DNA from: an uncultured Acidimicrobiia bacterium | Lineage (GTDB): Bacteria; Actinomycetota; Acidimicrobiia; Spongiisociales; UBA11373 | DNA: 64,000 bases | Direction: 5' to 3' | Assembly: GCA_964633975.1 (NCBI GenBank) | Contig: CAZWKX010000002.1 | Location: forward strand, 18,296-82,295 | Part shown: positions 53,743 to 63,638 of the stretch, piece after piece | Layout: the number at the start of each line of letters is the position of its first letter | How positions within the stretch are numbered: the stretch's first letter is position 1 | The notes under the pieces: generated by a model | The model's input: only the letters and a program-made list of their open reading frames with translations | What the model was told of the DNA's origin: nothing | Database searches by the model: none | Position numbers and translations under genes: made by a program

Positions 53743-54921
53743 CTATCCCGCTCCGGCAGCCCTCCGGTTCTCGCCGGGAGGCGGCGCCAGCCAACGGAAC
53801 AGCACGGGCCCCAAGGTCGATGTGACCGCTGCCAACACCACGATGCTCGCCTCGGTGGGGCGATCGATCAGCTCCAGGCGCAAGCCGACCTCGGCGACTG
53901 CGATGATGAGGCTGAGTCGCGCCGACAGCAGCGCCCCCGCGGCCAGGACCTCCCTCAACGTGTGCCGCCTCAAGAAAAGCACCAGAGCCGGGCCCATCTT
54001 CACGAGTAAGGCGACACCTATCAGCGTCAGCATGCGCCCTACGGCGCCCGGCGCCTGCAGAGCCTCGACATCGAAGTGGATGCCGACGTTGATGAAGAAG
54101 ATGGGAATCAGGAAGCCGTAAGAGAAGCCGCTGAGCTGCTGCCCCAACACCCCGCGATTGCGGAACACCATGGCGAACCCCGTGCCGGCGAGGAAGGCAC
54201 CCAAGATCGTCTCGATCCCGAAGGCGATCGACGCCCCCACGAAGACGAGCATCAGCGTCAGAGAGGCCCTCGTCCCCAGCTCCTCCGGATGATCGGTCTC
54301 GAAGAGGCGCTCGAACCATTCCGGCTTCCACCACACCAGACGCCGTATCACCATCAGCGTCACGGTCACGACTGCGAAGAAGGCCGGTATGGCCAGCACG
54401 CTGAGCCCGACTCCATGCTCCTCGACCAGAGCGAACACGGTCACACCGACCAGGGTGAGCAGATCCGCCAGAAGCGCCGACACCAATATGGCCTGCCCCA
54501 GCCGGGTGCTTGCATGGCGGGTGGTACGCAGCGTGGGCACGACCAGGCCTACCGACGTCGTGCCGAACACGAACATCATGAAGAGGCCGTAGTCGAGACG
54601 ATCCGCAGCCACATAGGACATGCCCATGGTGAGAGCGAACACCGAAAGGCCGACCAGCAGCAGCCGCAGGCCCCTCCGGCCGAAGATGCGAACGTCGATC
54701 TCGAATCCGGCAAGGAACATGAGCAGCAGGAACCCGAGATCGGCCAGCACGTCGAGGTACTCGGCCGCCTTCACCACATCCGTCACCGGCCCGATGACTA
54801 AGCCAAAGGCGATCTCGAGCACCACGGCGGGCACCCGAACCTTCTCCGCAACGAGGGGAAGCACAAAAGCCGCAGAGATGATGACCAGGAGAGTGACGGC
54901 TGCTTGATCGGCGCTATCCAC
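53743..54921 (-). CDS. Cation:proton antiporter (CPA2 / Kef-type Na+(K+)/H+ exchanger)
   Basis: ~392 aa, 11-12 TM helices, Na_H_Exchanger-family patterns. A GTG start at 54919..54921 lies just downstream of the TrkA-like gene stop. Confidence 0.75.
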   Translation of the reverse strand: MDSADQAAVTLLVIISAAFVLPLVAEKVRVPAVVLEIAFGLVIGPVTDVVKAAEYLDVLADLGFLLLMFLAGFEIDVRIFGRRGLRLLLVGLSVFALTMGMSYVAADRLDYGLFMMFVFGTTSVGLVVPTLRTTRHASTRLGQAILVSALLADLLTLVGVTVFALVEEHGVGLSVLAIPAFFAVVTVTLMVIRRLVWWKPEWFERLFETDHPEELGTRASLTLMLVFVGASIAFGIETILGAFLAGTGFAMVFRNRGVLGQQLSGFSYGFLIPIFFINVGIHFDVEALQAPGAVGRMLTLIGVALLVKMGPALVLFLRRHTLREVLAAGALLSARLSLIIAVAEVGLRLELIDRPTEASIVVLAAVTSTLGPVLFRWLAPPPGENRRAAGAG

Positions 54922-54929
54922 AGATGTTC

Positions 54930-56372
54930 CTAGCGCCGGTAGGGGACCACAACGACCGACGTCTTGAGACGCCGGACGAGATGACCCACGATGCCGGGGG
55001 CCAGCGCGGCGGCCCGCCGACGGGGAGAACCGAGCACGACGATCGTCCCCGGGCGGGCCCACTCCTCGATGACCCGCACCTCGTTGCCCTGCTCTATGAC
55101 CCGGCGCACATCGACGTTCTGCACCTCGGCGTCCTCTTGCAGCCGCGCCGCCGCCCGCGTCGCTTCTCCCCGCGCCTCCTCACCTGCGATGAACAGAGGA
55201 GGGATGACCCCGATGCCCACAAGCGGCGCCGACTCGTAGGCCCCGATGTCGATGGCGACCTGCGCGGCAGCCCATCCGGCAGGGCTGTCGCGCGCCGGCA
55301 CCACTACACGCCTATACGGATGGCTGCCCCGCGACACAAGCACCGGCACATGCCGTCTGGCCGCAGCACGCAGTAGACGAGCCACCCTCCACCGCCACGC
55401 CGGACGGCCCCCGATCGGCGGCGGGACCACGATCACTCCCACGTCGTCACCGACATGCCCCGACAGCAGGGCGCGCCAGGGCGAGCCGGCCACGGTCATC
55501 ATGCGGAGCGGGAGGTCGCCGACCATACTCCCCACTCGTTCCGCCAGCGCCTCAACCCGCCGGTGAGCCACAGCGTCCTTGATATCACCGAGGTCTTGGT
55601 GAACCGCCAACAGCCCTTCAGCAGCGCTGTTGGCGGCCAGATGGATTGCCTCATCGACCGGCCCACCTAGATCGTCCTCTGTTTCGAAGGCCACGGCCAC
55701 CCATCTGCCGAACTCCGTCGGGAAACGTTCGACGCCCGACATAAAGGTGGCCACCACCTCGCCTCGGCCGGCGCCGTCACCCACAACGGTGACCACATCG
55801 CCTTCCACCAGCACGGAATCGCCGTGAGGGATGATGAGCTGCCCATCGCGCAGTATCGCCACCGCCAGCCAGCCCCGCATGTCGATCTGACTCAACGGAA
55901 TACCACACACCGGCGACCGGGACACGACACGGAGGTCCATGCCCTCGGCTCGTCCTCCGGCAAAGCCGGCCGAGAACAGACGGCGCGGCTCCAGCACGGA
56001 GATGATGCGCCGCGCCGCCAGTTGATCCGGTGACACCGCCGGCACATCCAGGGCGTGGTACTCCTCCAGCTTCTCGGGCCGGCCGGCCCTGGCCACACAG
56101 GACACGCCCCTGGCCGCGACGATCCGGCACAACTGCAGATTCACCTCATCGTCGTCGGCGGCAGCCACGACGGCCGTGGCCCGGCCGAGCCCGGCGGAAT
56201 CCAGCACTGCCTCTTCGCAGCCCGAACCGACAACACTTTCGACCGGACGTATACGCGCCGCCTGTTCGAGCCGGACCGGGTCCGGATCTACGACCGCCAC
56301 CTCCCAGCGATCACCGAGACGCCCCAACAACTCCCGCGACGCGGCGCCGGCACCGACAACGATGACTCGCAT
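54930..56372 (-). CDS. TrkA-N/TrkA-C (RCK) domain regulatory protein with C-terminal universal stress protein (UspA) domain
   Basis: MRVIVVGAGAASRELLGRL.. is an NAD-binding Rossmann, followed by a TrkA-C-like segment. The C-terminal ~140 aa is a Usp fold (VVVPARDSPAGW..TIVVLGS..GSVGHLVRR). Confidence 0.65.
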   Translation of the reverse strand: MRVIVVGAGAASRELLGRLGDRWEVAVVDPDPVRLEQAARIRPVESVVGSGCEEAVLDSAGLGRATAVVAAADDDEVNLQLCRIVAARGVSCVARAGRPEKLEEYHALDVPAVSPDQLAARRIISVLEPRRLFSAGFAGGRAEGMDLRVVSRSPVCGIPLSQIDMRGWLAVAILRDGQLIIPHGDSVLVEGDVVTVVGDGAGRGEVVATFMSGVERFPTEFGRWVAVAFETEDDLGGPVDEAIHLAANSAAEGLLAVHQDLGDIKDAVAHRRVEALAERVGSMVGDLPLRMMTVAGSPWRALLSGHVGDDVGVIVVPPPIGGRPAWRWRVARLLRAAARRHVPVLVSRGSHPYRRVVVPARDSPAGWAAAQVAIDIGAYESAPLVGIGVIPPLFIAGEEARGEATRAAARLQEDAEVQNVDVRRVIEQGNEVRVIEEWARPGTIVVLGSPRRRAAALAPGIVGHLVRRLKTSVVVVPYRR

Positions 56373-56585
56373 ACGAATCCTTCCGCACGGCCATTATGGC
56401 GATCGGCGCCGCCGCCGTCGCCTCTGCTCGCGACCTCACCAAGGCCGCGGCTGCCCGAACCACCACCTAGGAACCCCTGCGCCGGTCATGCCAAAGAGGT
56501 ACCTCGGTGGAGCACTCGGGAAGCCGTGCAGGAGGCGGGCTTGCCGCGGCTCCGCTCCGCCGACCTGGAGTATCGGAGCGTCCCG

Positions 56586-57383
56586 TCAGCTCGTCTTGGA
56601 GCCCCGCGCCGAAGCGACACGAGCCTCCGCGATCTGGAGGTAGGCCGGCTCCACGTCGTAGCCGACGAAGTGCCTACCGCTCTCCACCGCCGCCACCGCG
56701 GTCGATCCCGATCCCATAAAAGGATCAAGGACAAGATCGCCCTTGAACGTGTACAGCTCGATGAGGCGCCGGGGAAGCTCGACGGGGAACGGGGCGGGGT
56801 GGCCGATGCGGCGCGCCGACGCCGGTGGAATGTTCCACACCGACACCGTCGACTCGAGAAACCCCTCGCGCGAAATGGTGTCCTCGCCGGTCCGGGTCCT
56901 GCGGAACGAGCCCTTGCTCGCCACCACAACGTACTCGTGCACATCGCGCAGGGTCGGGTTCCTGGCCGATCGCCACGAGCCCCAGGCGCACGATCCGCCG
57001 GCCCCCTGGGCCTTCTGCCACACGATCTCTCCACGCAGGAAGAACCCCGCCTCTTCCAGCAGGGCCGCCACCCGATGGTTGAGAGCCAGATACGGCCGCC
57101 TTCCCAGATTGGCCACGTTCACCGCGACGCGGCCGCCCGGCTCTAGAACCCGGTGAGTCTCGGCCAAGACGCGGCGCAGCAGATCCAGGTACTCCCCGAG
57201 GCTGAGATCCCCGTCGTACTCTTTGCCCACGTTGTACGGCGGCGAGGTGACCATGAGCGCAACACAATCGTCGGAGATCTCCTCCATGGTTTCCGACGAC
57301 TTGCAGAAGAACCTATCGATCACACCGGCGGGCGGAGCCGCGGCAGCTCCGTCCTCTGCAATGCTCGGCAGCGTCGCCACCAT
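56586..57383 (-). CDS. Beta-class DNA methyltransferase (N6-adenine or N4-cytosine), apparently orphan
   Basis: Motif IV SPPY near the N-terminus (MVTSPPYNVGKEYDG) and motif I FMGSGST near the C-terminus, i.e. the circularly permuted beta-class order. No restriction endonuclease gene is adjacent. ATG at 57381..57383; the ORF-track N-extension is rejected. Confidence 0.8.
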   Translation of the reverse strand: MVATLPSIAEDGAAAAPPAGVIDRFFCKSSETMEEISDDCVALMVTSPPYNVGKEYDGDLSLGEYLDLLRRVLAETHRVLEPGGRVAVNVANLGRRPYLALNHRVAALLEEAGFFLRGEIVWQKAQGAGGSCAWGSWRSARNPTLRDVHEYVVVASKGSFRRTRTGEDTISREGFLESTVSVWNIPPASARRIGHPAPFPVELPRRLIELYTFKGDLVLDPFMGSGSTAVAAVESGRHFVGYDVEPAYLQIAEARVASARGSKTS

Positions 57384-57525
57384 GCGGCGGCGATAGAACG
57401 CCGAGGAATCGTGATTCTCTCGCTTGCCGGCGCCAAAAGACGCCGTCTCCGTCGCCACTTTCGGTGTACCTCCGGCCGACCACCGTAGCCGACTTATCCA
57501 CAGGAGACGCGGATATTCGCGACCC

Positions 57526-58089
57526 TCAGCCAACCCCGGCGTTCCCCGAGCCGCCATCTGCGACAGCCCGGCGGAGCCTCCCCGACACGAGTTGCCATCC
57601 CGCCTTGGCCCAAGCCAACCCCTCACGAAGCCAAGCCAGCACCCAGCGCCGCCTGGTAGCCTCTCCGCGCCCCCGAACCGGGTCCCCGTCCACGCTCACG
57701 CCGACCCTCCGAAACAGCCAAACAGCTCTCGGAACGTGGAACCGGTCGCTGACGACCCGCGTCGCGGCCCAGGCATGTTGCCGCGCCAGAGCACTCACCG
57801 CCACAGCCTGCTCCAGGGTGTTGTGAGACAGGCCCTCTTCGATTATCCGCCGCCGCGGGACTCCCGATTCCTCGGCGATGGCGGCCATCACCGATGCCTC
57901 ACAGAACCCGGACCGTCCCACTCCTCCGGCAACGACGAGCCATTCGGCGTTCGTCCGCCGGAACACCGAGATGCCGTGCTGCATCCTCCTACGCACCGCA
58001 GGGCTGGGCTCACCGGAGGCGAAGACCTCGGCACCGAGCACGATGACCGCGTCGCAAGTCCCCGCGGAGCTGTCGACTGGTTGGGCCAT
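57526..58089 (-). CDS. YdcF/ElyC-like DUF218 domain protein
   Basis: CDAVIVLGAEVFASGEPSPAVRRRMQHGISVF..WLVVAGGVG matches the DUF218 pattern. Confidence 0.6.
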   Translation of the reverse strand: MAQPVDSSAGTCDAVIVLGAEVFASGEPSPAVRRRMQHGISVFRRTNAEWLVVAGGVGRSGFCEASVMAAIAEESGVPRRRIIEEGLSHNTLEQAVAVSALARQHAWAATRVVSDRFHVPRAVWLFRRVGVSVDGDPVRGRGEATRRRWVLAWLREGLAWAKAGWQLVSGRLRRAVADGGSGNAGVG

Positions 58090-58149
58090 GGCGAGGAGAG
58101 CATACGCGCCTCACCGTGGCGGCGACATCGCCCGACCGAACCCATCCGA

Positions 58150-58323
58150 TCAGCCGGCGACTGCCCCCTCGGGCACTTCCTGCCCGGCTACAGGTGTCTC
58201 CACCCGGGCATCCTGGACGATGGAGATGATCTCCTCCCAGTCCCGGGTCAGCGCGCATTTCCCGCAGTAGAACTCGTTGCCGCGGGTCACCACCGCTGCG
58301 GCGCCACAACGCACGCACACCAT
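58150..58323 (-). CDS. Small zinc-ribbon protein (57 aa)
   Basis: MVCVRCGAAAVVTRGNEFYCGKCALTRDWEEIISIVQDARVETPV.. carries a CxxC..CxxC ribbon. A GGAG RBS lies 7 nt upstream of the ATG at 58321..58323. It sits 25 nt downstream of the Fe-S reductase gene and is absent from the supplied ORF list. Confidence 0.45.
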   Translation of the reverse strand: MVCVRCGAAAVVTRGNEFYCGKCALTRDWEEIISIVQDARVETPVAGQEVPEGAVAG

Positions 58324-58350
58324 CGGATCGCTCCTGTCTTCGACAAGAGT

Positions 58351-60507
58351 TCATCGGCTCCGAGCAGAGCCTCCTTGACCCTCCACCATCCGCTCCGACA
58401 GCACGACGGCGATGTCCTTGACGGCCACGTCGGCACCAAGGTCCTTCACCCCGTCGTCGAGCATCACGTGGCAGAACGGGCAGGCGGTCGCGATCTCGGC
58501 GGCGCCGGTGGCAATCGCCTCCTCGGCGCGTTCCACGTTGATCCGCTTCCCGGTGCGCTCCTCCATCCACATACGCGCCCCGCCTGCTCCACAGCAAAAG
58601 CCGCCCTTGCCGCTCCTCGCCATCTCGACGACTTCTCCCACGGCCTCGAGCACCTGTCTAGGAGCAGCAATCACGTCGTTGTGACGGGCGAGATAGCACG
58701 GATCGTGGAAGGTGACGCTGCCGCCGCCGCCCTGGGTACTCAGAAGGCCTTCCCGAAGCAGCCGCGCCAGCAGCTCACTGTGATGCAGCACCTGGTAGTT
58801 GCCGCCGAACTGCGGGTACTCGTGGGCCAGGGTGTTGAAGCAGTGCGGGCACTGGGTCACGATCTTCTCCACGCCCAAGTCGTTCAGCGTGCGGATGTTG
58901 GCCAGAGCGAGCTGCTGAAAGACATACTCGTTGCCGGCTCTGCGAGCCGGGTCACCCGTGCACAGCTCGGCCGAGCCGAGGATGGCAAAGTCGACACCGG
59001 CCTCATGAAGTAGCTTCGCCGTGGCCAAGGTCACTCTCCGGTTTCTGTCATCGAACGAGCCGGCACACCCCACCCAATACAGGTACTCAGCCGTGACACC
59101 CGGTTCCCCGAGCACCTTCACCTCGAAGTCGAGCTGCTTCGTCCACGCCGCCCTGTCCCGCTGGCTCATGCCGTAGGGATTGGATGAGTTCTCCATGCGT
59201 ATGAACGTGGCGCCCAGCTCACCGGGGAAGTCGGTCTCCATGAGGGTGAGATGGCGGCGCATGTCGAGGATCTTGTCGAGCACCTCGATATCCACCGGGC
59301 ACGCCTCGTCGCAGGCCCCGCAGGTGGTGCACCACCACAGCTCGTCCGACGTGACCCGCTCGAACACGGAGTCAGACGTCACGACGATGGCCGGGTCCAC
59401 ACCCACGGGGGGCGACACCACCGGAGTGCCGGAGGCTGCGGCCACCTCTCCCAGCTTCAGCACGATCTCACGCGGATCCAGCGACTTCCCGGTGCGGTTC
59501 GCCGGGCATACAGAGGTGCAGCGCCCACAGACCGTGCAGGCATCGGTGTCGAATAGCTGCTTCCAGGTGAAATCGCTGACCCGCGCCGCTCCAACGGTTT
59601 CGATATCCGTTGCCTCGACCAGATTCGGCATCTCCCGCATCGCCCCGGAGGGCCGCGCCCGAGGCGCCAGGGTCATGTTCGCCGGCGAAGTGACCATGTG
59701 CCGCAGCTTTGTGGTCGGCAGCATCACCAGGAAGACGGCCGCCAAGACGGCATGCGTCACCCACAGGATCCGGTGTGCTTGCGTCGCCCACGAACCGGTG
59801 AAGAGCCCGGCAAGCCAGTAGCCGGCGAACGACCACACCTCATAATCGGGCCGGCCCTGGTAGCCGATGCGGGCCGCCTCGGTCAACAGGCCGGTGAACC
59901 CGACCAGCCCCAACACGAGCAGAATCCAGGCATCCTCAGGTCCCGTCTTGGTACGGATCCGATCAGGAGGGAACAGGTAGCGCCGCAGCGCCGCCAACAC
60001 GATTCCGGCGAGGAAGACGATGCTCGCGCCGTCGAGCGCGGCCGAGTAGCCCTGGTAAACCCGGCCCTCCAAGAACTTGAGGTTCGCCGGCAGCAGATGA
60101 TCGACCTCGAGCGTCACCGTGCCGAGGAAGAGCAGGGCGAACCCGTAGTAGATCATCGAGTGCACGAGCCCGGCAGCACGCTCCGCGAGCACGCTCTTCA
60201 TCGAGACACCACGAAGGAACCCGGCGATTCGCCGCCGCCACAGCCCTCGCCGCTCCTCGGGCCCGCCCCGCTGCCAGTTCTTCGCCCGCACCGCAAAGAG
60301 ATAGGCGACGAGACCGAGAACCGCGGCGGCGCCAACATAGAAGAGCGCCACAACTGCGGCAGGCAGGTTGCCGAAAATCCGGCGCCCCACTTGCGGATCG
60401 GCTTCCTCCGGCAGCGTGCCCAGCCACCAGAGCAGGAGCGTCGCCCCGGGAAGAAGGACGACCAGACCGAACAGCAACCCGCTCACCGAGAAGCGACGAC
60501 GTGACAA
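58351..60507 (-). CDS. Membrane-bound iron-sulfur-binding reductase (N-terminal NarI-like TM domain + 4Fe-4S dicluster + CCG domains; Hdr/GlpC-like)
   Basis: 718 aa with an N-terminal ~300-aa polytopic membrane domain, then [12 protein letters not shown] ... [12 protein letters not shown] ferredoxin motifs and two CCG-like Cys motifs (CGSFDD, CCGAGG). Confidence 0.8.
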   Translation of the reverse strand: MSRRRFSVSGLLFGLVVLLPGATLLLWWLGTLPEEADPQVGRRIFGNLPAAVVALFYVGAAAVLGLVAYLFAVRAKNWQRGGPEERRGLWRRRIAGFLRGVSMKSVLAERAAGLVHSMIYYGFALLFLGTVTLEVDHLLPANLKFLEGRVYQGYSAALDGASIVFLAGIVLAALRRYLFPPDRIRTKTGPEDAWILLVLGLVGFTGLLTEAARIGYQGRPDYEVWSFAGYWLAGLFTGSWATQAHRILWVTHAVLAAVFLVMLPTTKLRHMVTSPANMTLAPRARPSGAMREMPNLVEATDIETVGAARVSDFTWKQLFDTDACTVCGRCTSVCPANRTGKSLDPREIVLKLGEVAAASGTPVVSPPVGVDPAIVVTSDSVFERVTSDELWWCTTCGACDEACPVDIEVLDKILDMRRHLTLMETDFPGELGATFIRMENSSNPYGMSQRDRAAWTKQLDFEVKVLGEPGVTAEYLYWVGCAGSFDDRNRRVTLATAKLLHEAGVDFAILGSAELCTGDPARRAGNEYVFQQLALANIRTLNDLGVEKIVTQCPHCFNTLAHEYPQFGGNYQVLHHSELLARLLREGLLSTQGGGGSVTFHDPCYLARHNDVIAAPRQVLEAVGEVVEMARSGKGGFCCGAGGARMWMEERTGKRINVERAEEAIATGAAEIATACPFCHVMLDDGVKDLGADVAVKDIAVVLSERMVEGQGGSARSR

Positions 60508-60603
60508 GCTCTGCCTCCAACCCGAATCCCGCCGAGTCTACGGGTGGCCTCGACTCGAACGCTCAAGGCGCCGCGAACCGTCGCGGCGCCTGCGTCCAGA
60601 TGC

Positions 60604-61320
60604 TCAGATGCCGAGTTCGGCCCTCAGCTCATCGAGCTTCGCATCGGCTTGTGCCAAGGAGACTGCTTCACGCAGCTCCAATTCAGCGCCCTCCGGCGTC
60701 GCCTCACGCAGCTCAGCTCTCGCCATGGCCTCGGCCTTGCGCTTCTCGATCTTGTCCTCGACCCTCTCGAGACTCACGGCCTCATCGTCGAAGGTCACCG
60801 TCAGCGACTCCATGGCTTTGTTGACCGACTCCTGCATCTTTGCCTGCTGCAGCGAGCCGACCAGCTCCATCCGCTTGGCCGCCAGCTCCTGGAGCCTCAT
60901 GGCGTTCTGCTGGACCGCCTTTTTGGCATCCTCCGCCTGCACCACGGCGGTCTCGTACTGGCCCTTGAGCGAGTTCAGGTTGTTCTCGGCCGCTTGCAGC
61001 CGCATGGCGACGCTCTGCGCCGTTCGCGTCCACTTGTCGGCGCCCGGAGCATCTCCGGCGCCCGTGGCTTCCTGTGCCTTCAGCAGTGCCTGCTTCGCCA
61101 GCTCGCGAGCCTCACCGGCATCATCGGCCGACCTTCCGATCTTGCTCTCCAGTTGAGTCCGGTGAGCCACCACCTTGGCCGCCTGGTTACGCAGCTCCTG
61201 GTCGCGCTTGCGCGCCTCCTGAATGGCCTGCTCGATCTCGATCTCGGGATCCATCATGTCCTCTGCCTTGCGGCGGAAGAGGGCCCTGATGTAGCCCCAG
61301 AGTCGCTTCAAGAAACCCAT
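60604..61320 (-). CDS. pspA: PspA/IM30 family protein
   Basis: 238 aa, all-helical coiled coil. MGFLKRLWGYIRALFRRKAEDMMDPEIEIEQAI.. is the phage-shock protein A N-terminus. Confidence 0.85.
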   Translation of the reverse strand: MGFLKRLWGYIRALFRRKAEDMMDPEIEIEQAIQEARKRDQELRNQAAKVVAHRTQLESKIGRSADDAGEARELAKQALLKAQEATGAGDAPGADKWTRTAQSVAMRLQAAENNLNSLKGQYETAVVQAEDAKKAVQQNAMRLQELAAKRMELVGSLQQAKMQESVNKAMESLTVTFDDEAVSLERVEDKIEKRKAEAMARAELREATPEGAELELREAVSLAQADAKLDELRAELGI

Positions 61321-61378
61321 ATCGGTCCTTCTCCTCGGGGTCGATTCATCATAGGGGGAAGCTCAACGTCAATGCCGG

Positions 61379-62695
61379 TCAGCGGCGACGGCGGCGGCTG
61401 CGCCCGGAACGGCCACGCCCGCTGCGACTCTGCGAACTTGGCAGCGTCGGCAAAACAGCTTGGCTTCTCTGCCGGCTCGGCACCGACCGCACAGCACCAC
61501 CCGATCCCCCCCAGTTGTAGGAGCGGGCCTGACCCATGCCGCCGACCACCACCGAGAACACGTCGAGCCAATCGAAGCCGCCGCCCCCGTACGAGCGGGG
61601 AGCGGTCGGTGCCGGCACCCGGCGACCGCTCACCTCGATCATCCGCGGCTCCGGTTCCTGACCGCGGCGCAGCTTCTCGGCATCAGATTCACAGACCCGT
61701 ACCGTCCTCTTGCCCGCTGAAGTCTCGATCTGGGCATCCTCAAACGGGCCTCGATGGGTCGGATCGAAGAAACAGGCGTGCCGCTCCTCCTTCTCGGGTT
61801 TGGACGGCACCGGCTTCCCCCCGGCAATGGACGCCGCCGCGTCGAGCTGCCAGCGCGCCTCGTCCAGCCGATCGGACAAGTCCTCCAGCCGGCGCAGATC
61901 GGTGGCTTCGCTGAAGCTCTCCTCGGCTTCGGTGTAGGTCCTCCCGGCTTCCTCCAAGTACCGATTGTCCTCTTTCGACGCGGACGCCGAAACAAGATCC
62001 GAGATCTCGAGAATCACGTTGGCCATGGCGTCCAACTGCTCCTTGATCTCCTGCCGGGCCTCATCGATGGCTCTAGCCTGGGACCTGTCCGCCGACTTCT
62101 TCTGCCTACGCACCGCCCAAACGGCAAGCAGAACCAGCGCAGCCACAACAACAACGAGAATGACCAATCCCATCTTGCTGCCCCCCGACGAAACATCAGA
62201 GCCCGTGGTCCCGGCCTCCGTCGGGACTGTGCTCACCGCTACGCCGGTGAGCACAGCGACGACGGCCTCCACGTAGGCTTCGTCCCCCTCACCCGGAGGC
62301 GCGGCCTCGCTGGCGGCAAACCCAGCGTCCAGGGCGGCCTGCCGTGTCTCCGCCGAGAACTCGAAGCTGTCAATGGCCTCGTCGGAGTCCGAAAGCACCA
62401 GCACCGTGCCCTCGTCGAAGTTGTCCATCACGGCGGCGGCAAACGTGGCAGCGCCGCCGGCTGGATCTTCATCAAGGAGCACGACAAAGAACCGCAGTCC
62501 TTCGTTGGCGGCATGGCTGACCGCGTTTGAGATCCGACCGGCATCAGCGCCAAGGCCCGGCTCGATGTAATAGCCGCTGGCTCGCACCTCGTCCGCCACT
62601 TGGTCGGGGGTCTGCGCGTGGGCGGGCACCCCGACGGCGAGTAGCACGAGCACCAGCGACATGAGAGTGATGAAGCGCCGCGTCATGGCGTCCAA
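61379..62695 (-). CDS. Signal-peptide/single-TM membrane protein with cytoplasmic coiled-coil and Gly/Arg-rich tail (PspA-associated, hypothetical)
   Basis: Signal peptide ..VPAHA-QTPDQ, a ~170-aa extracytoplasmic domain, TM LVILVVVVAALVLLAVWAV, an acidic coiled-coil and GGGGFDWLDVF..GRGRSGRSRRRRR. It lies immediately upstream of pspA. Confidence 0.5.
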   Translation of the reverse strand: MDAMTRRFITLMSLVLVLLAVGVPAHAQTPDQVADEVRASGYYIEPGLGADAGRISNAVSHAANEGLRFFVVLLDEDPAGGAATFAAAVMDNFDEGTVLVLSDSDEAIDSFEFSAETRQAALDAGFAASEAAPPGEGDEAYVEAVVAVLTGVAVSTVPTEAGTTGSDVSSGGSKMGLVILVVVVAALVLLAVWAVRRQKKSADRSQARAIDEARQEIKEQLDAMANVILEISDLVSASASKEDNRYLEEAGRTYTEAEESFSEATDLRRLEDLSDRLDEARWQLDAAASIAGGKPVPSKPEKEERHACFFDPTHRGPFEDAQIETSAGKRTVRVCESDAEKLRRGQEPEPRMIEVSGRRVPAPTAPRSYGGGGFDWLDVFSVVVGGMGQARSYNWGGSGGAVRSVPSRQRSQAVLPTLPSSQSRSGRGRSGRSRRRRR

Positions 62696-62761
62696 CTCTA
62701 GATGGGGGCTGGCGACGACTGCCGGTCAAGAAACCGTGCCCCAAATGACGATAGGGGATGT

Positions 62762-63583
62762 ATGGCCCAGGAATCCGGCGTCACTCCTGAGCGGATCTAC
62801 CGCGCACGTGCGGTAATCCGGTTCGGTCTCCCGCTGCTTACCCTCATAGCCATCGTCTCTTCGGCTTGGCTTGCCGGCCGCGATTCGGCTCCGAGCACCG
62901 AGCCGTGGCTGACAGCCGCGTTCATCTCGTGCGGCGTTGCCGCCGTCGCCGTCGGCTTCATGGCGGCCCGCGCCGTGGGCAGGCGCCTCGAGGTATATGA
63001 AGACTGGTTCCGCTACCGGGTGGCCACCAGGGTCATAGCAGCCCGTTGGCATCAGGTGGAAGCCTTCTACACGGCCACATCGAGCCTCGACCCATCGACA
63101 CGGCCCCGCCTCGCCGGCCGCTACGAGTTTGGAATCATCGTCGGCGGCCGCCGGCTCGACCTGGGTACCGCCATTGGGGCAGATGCCGCTCTGGGAATGG
63201 TGATCGACGCCCGTACCCGCCCTCAGGTCGTGGCCCGGACCGCGGCTCGTCTTCGCGCCGGGAGGGCCGTACCGTTCGGCCTCGTCACCCTCGAACCGGA
63301 TCGTCTCACCTTCCGGTCCGTAGGAGCGCGCCCCATTCCCCTCTCCAAGCTCGAGAGCCACGAGCTCGAGCACGGCCGGTACATCTTCCGATCCGTGGAC
63401 CGCAAACGGCCGGTGACGATACCGGTTGCCCGCATACCCGATCCTTATGCGCTCCACGAGATAATCGAACAACGATCGACGTGGCAGCCCCAGGAGAAGC
63501 CCAGGTCGGTACGAGAATCGCGAGACCGCGGCGAAGAGACGCTGGCCAGGCTCGGGATCACCTGGGCCTCACCGCATCGTTGA
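62762..63583 (+). CDS. Hypothetical membrane protein
   Basis: 2 TM helices near the N-terminus, then a ~200-aa soluble region; no recognisable family. Start taken at MAQESG. Confidence 0.35.
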   Translation: MAQESGVTPERIYRARAVIRFGLPLLTLIAIVSSAWLAGRDSAPSTEPWLTAAFISCGVAAVAVGFMAARAVGRRLEVYEDWFRYRVATRVIAARWHQVEAFYTATSSLDPSTRPRLAGRYEFGIIVGGRRLDLGTAIGADAALGMVIDARTRPQVVARTAARLRAGRAVPFGLVTLEPDRLTFRSVGARPIPLSKLESHELEHGRYIFRSVDRKRPVTIPVARIPDPYALHEIIEQRSTWQPQEKPRSVRESRDRGEETLARLGITWASPHR

Positions 63584-63638
63584 GAATCCACCGGCGGCTT
63601 ATGCCCAATTGAGGCCTTGCCACCCCGGAGGCGGGGCC

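Noticed and set aside
57424-59013. 529-aa plus-strand ORF
   Set aside because: Antisense to the YdcF and Fe-S reductase genes; no domain-like pattern.
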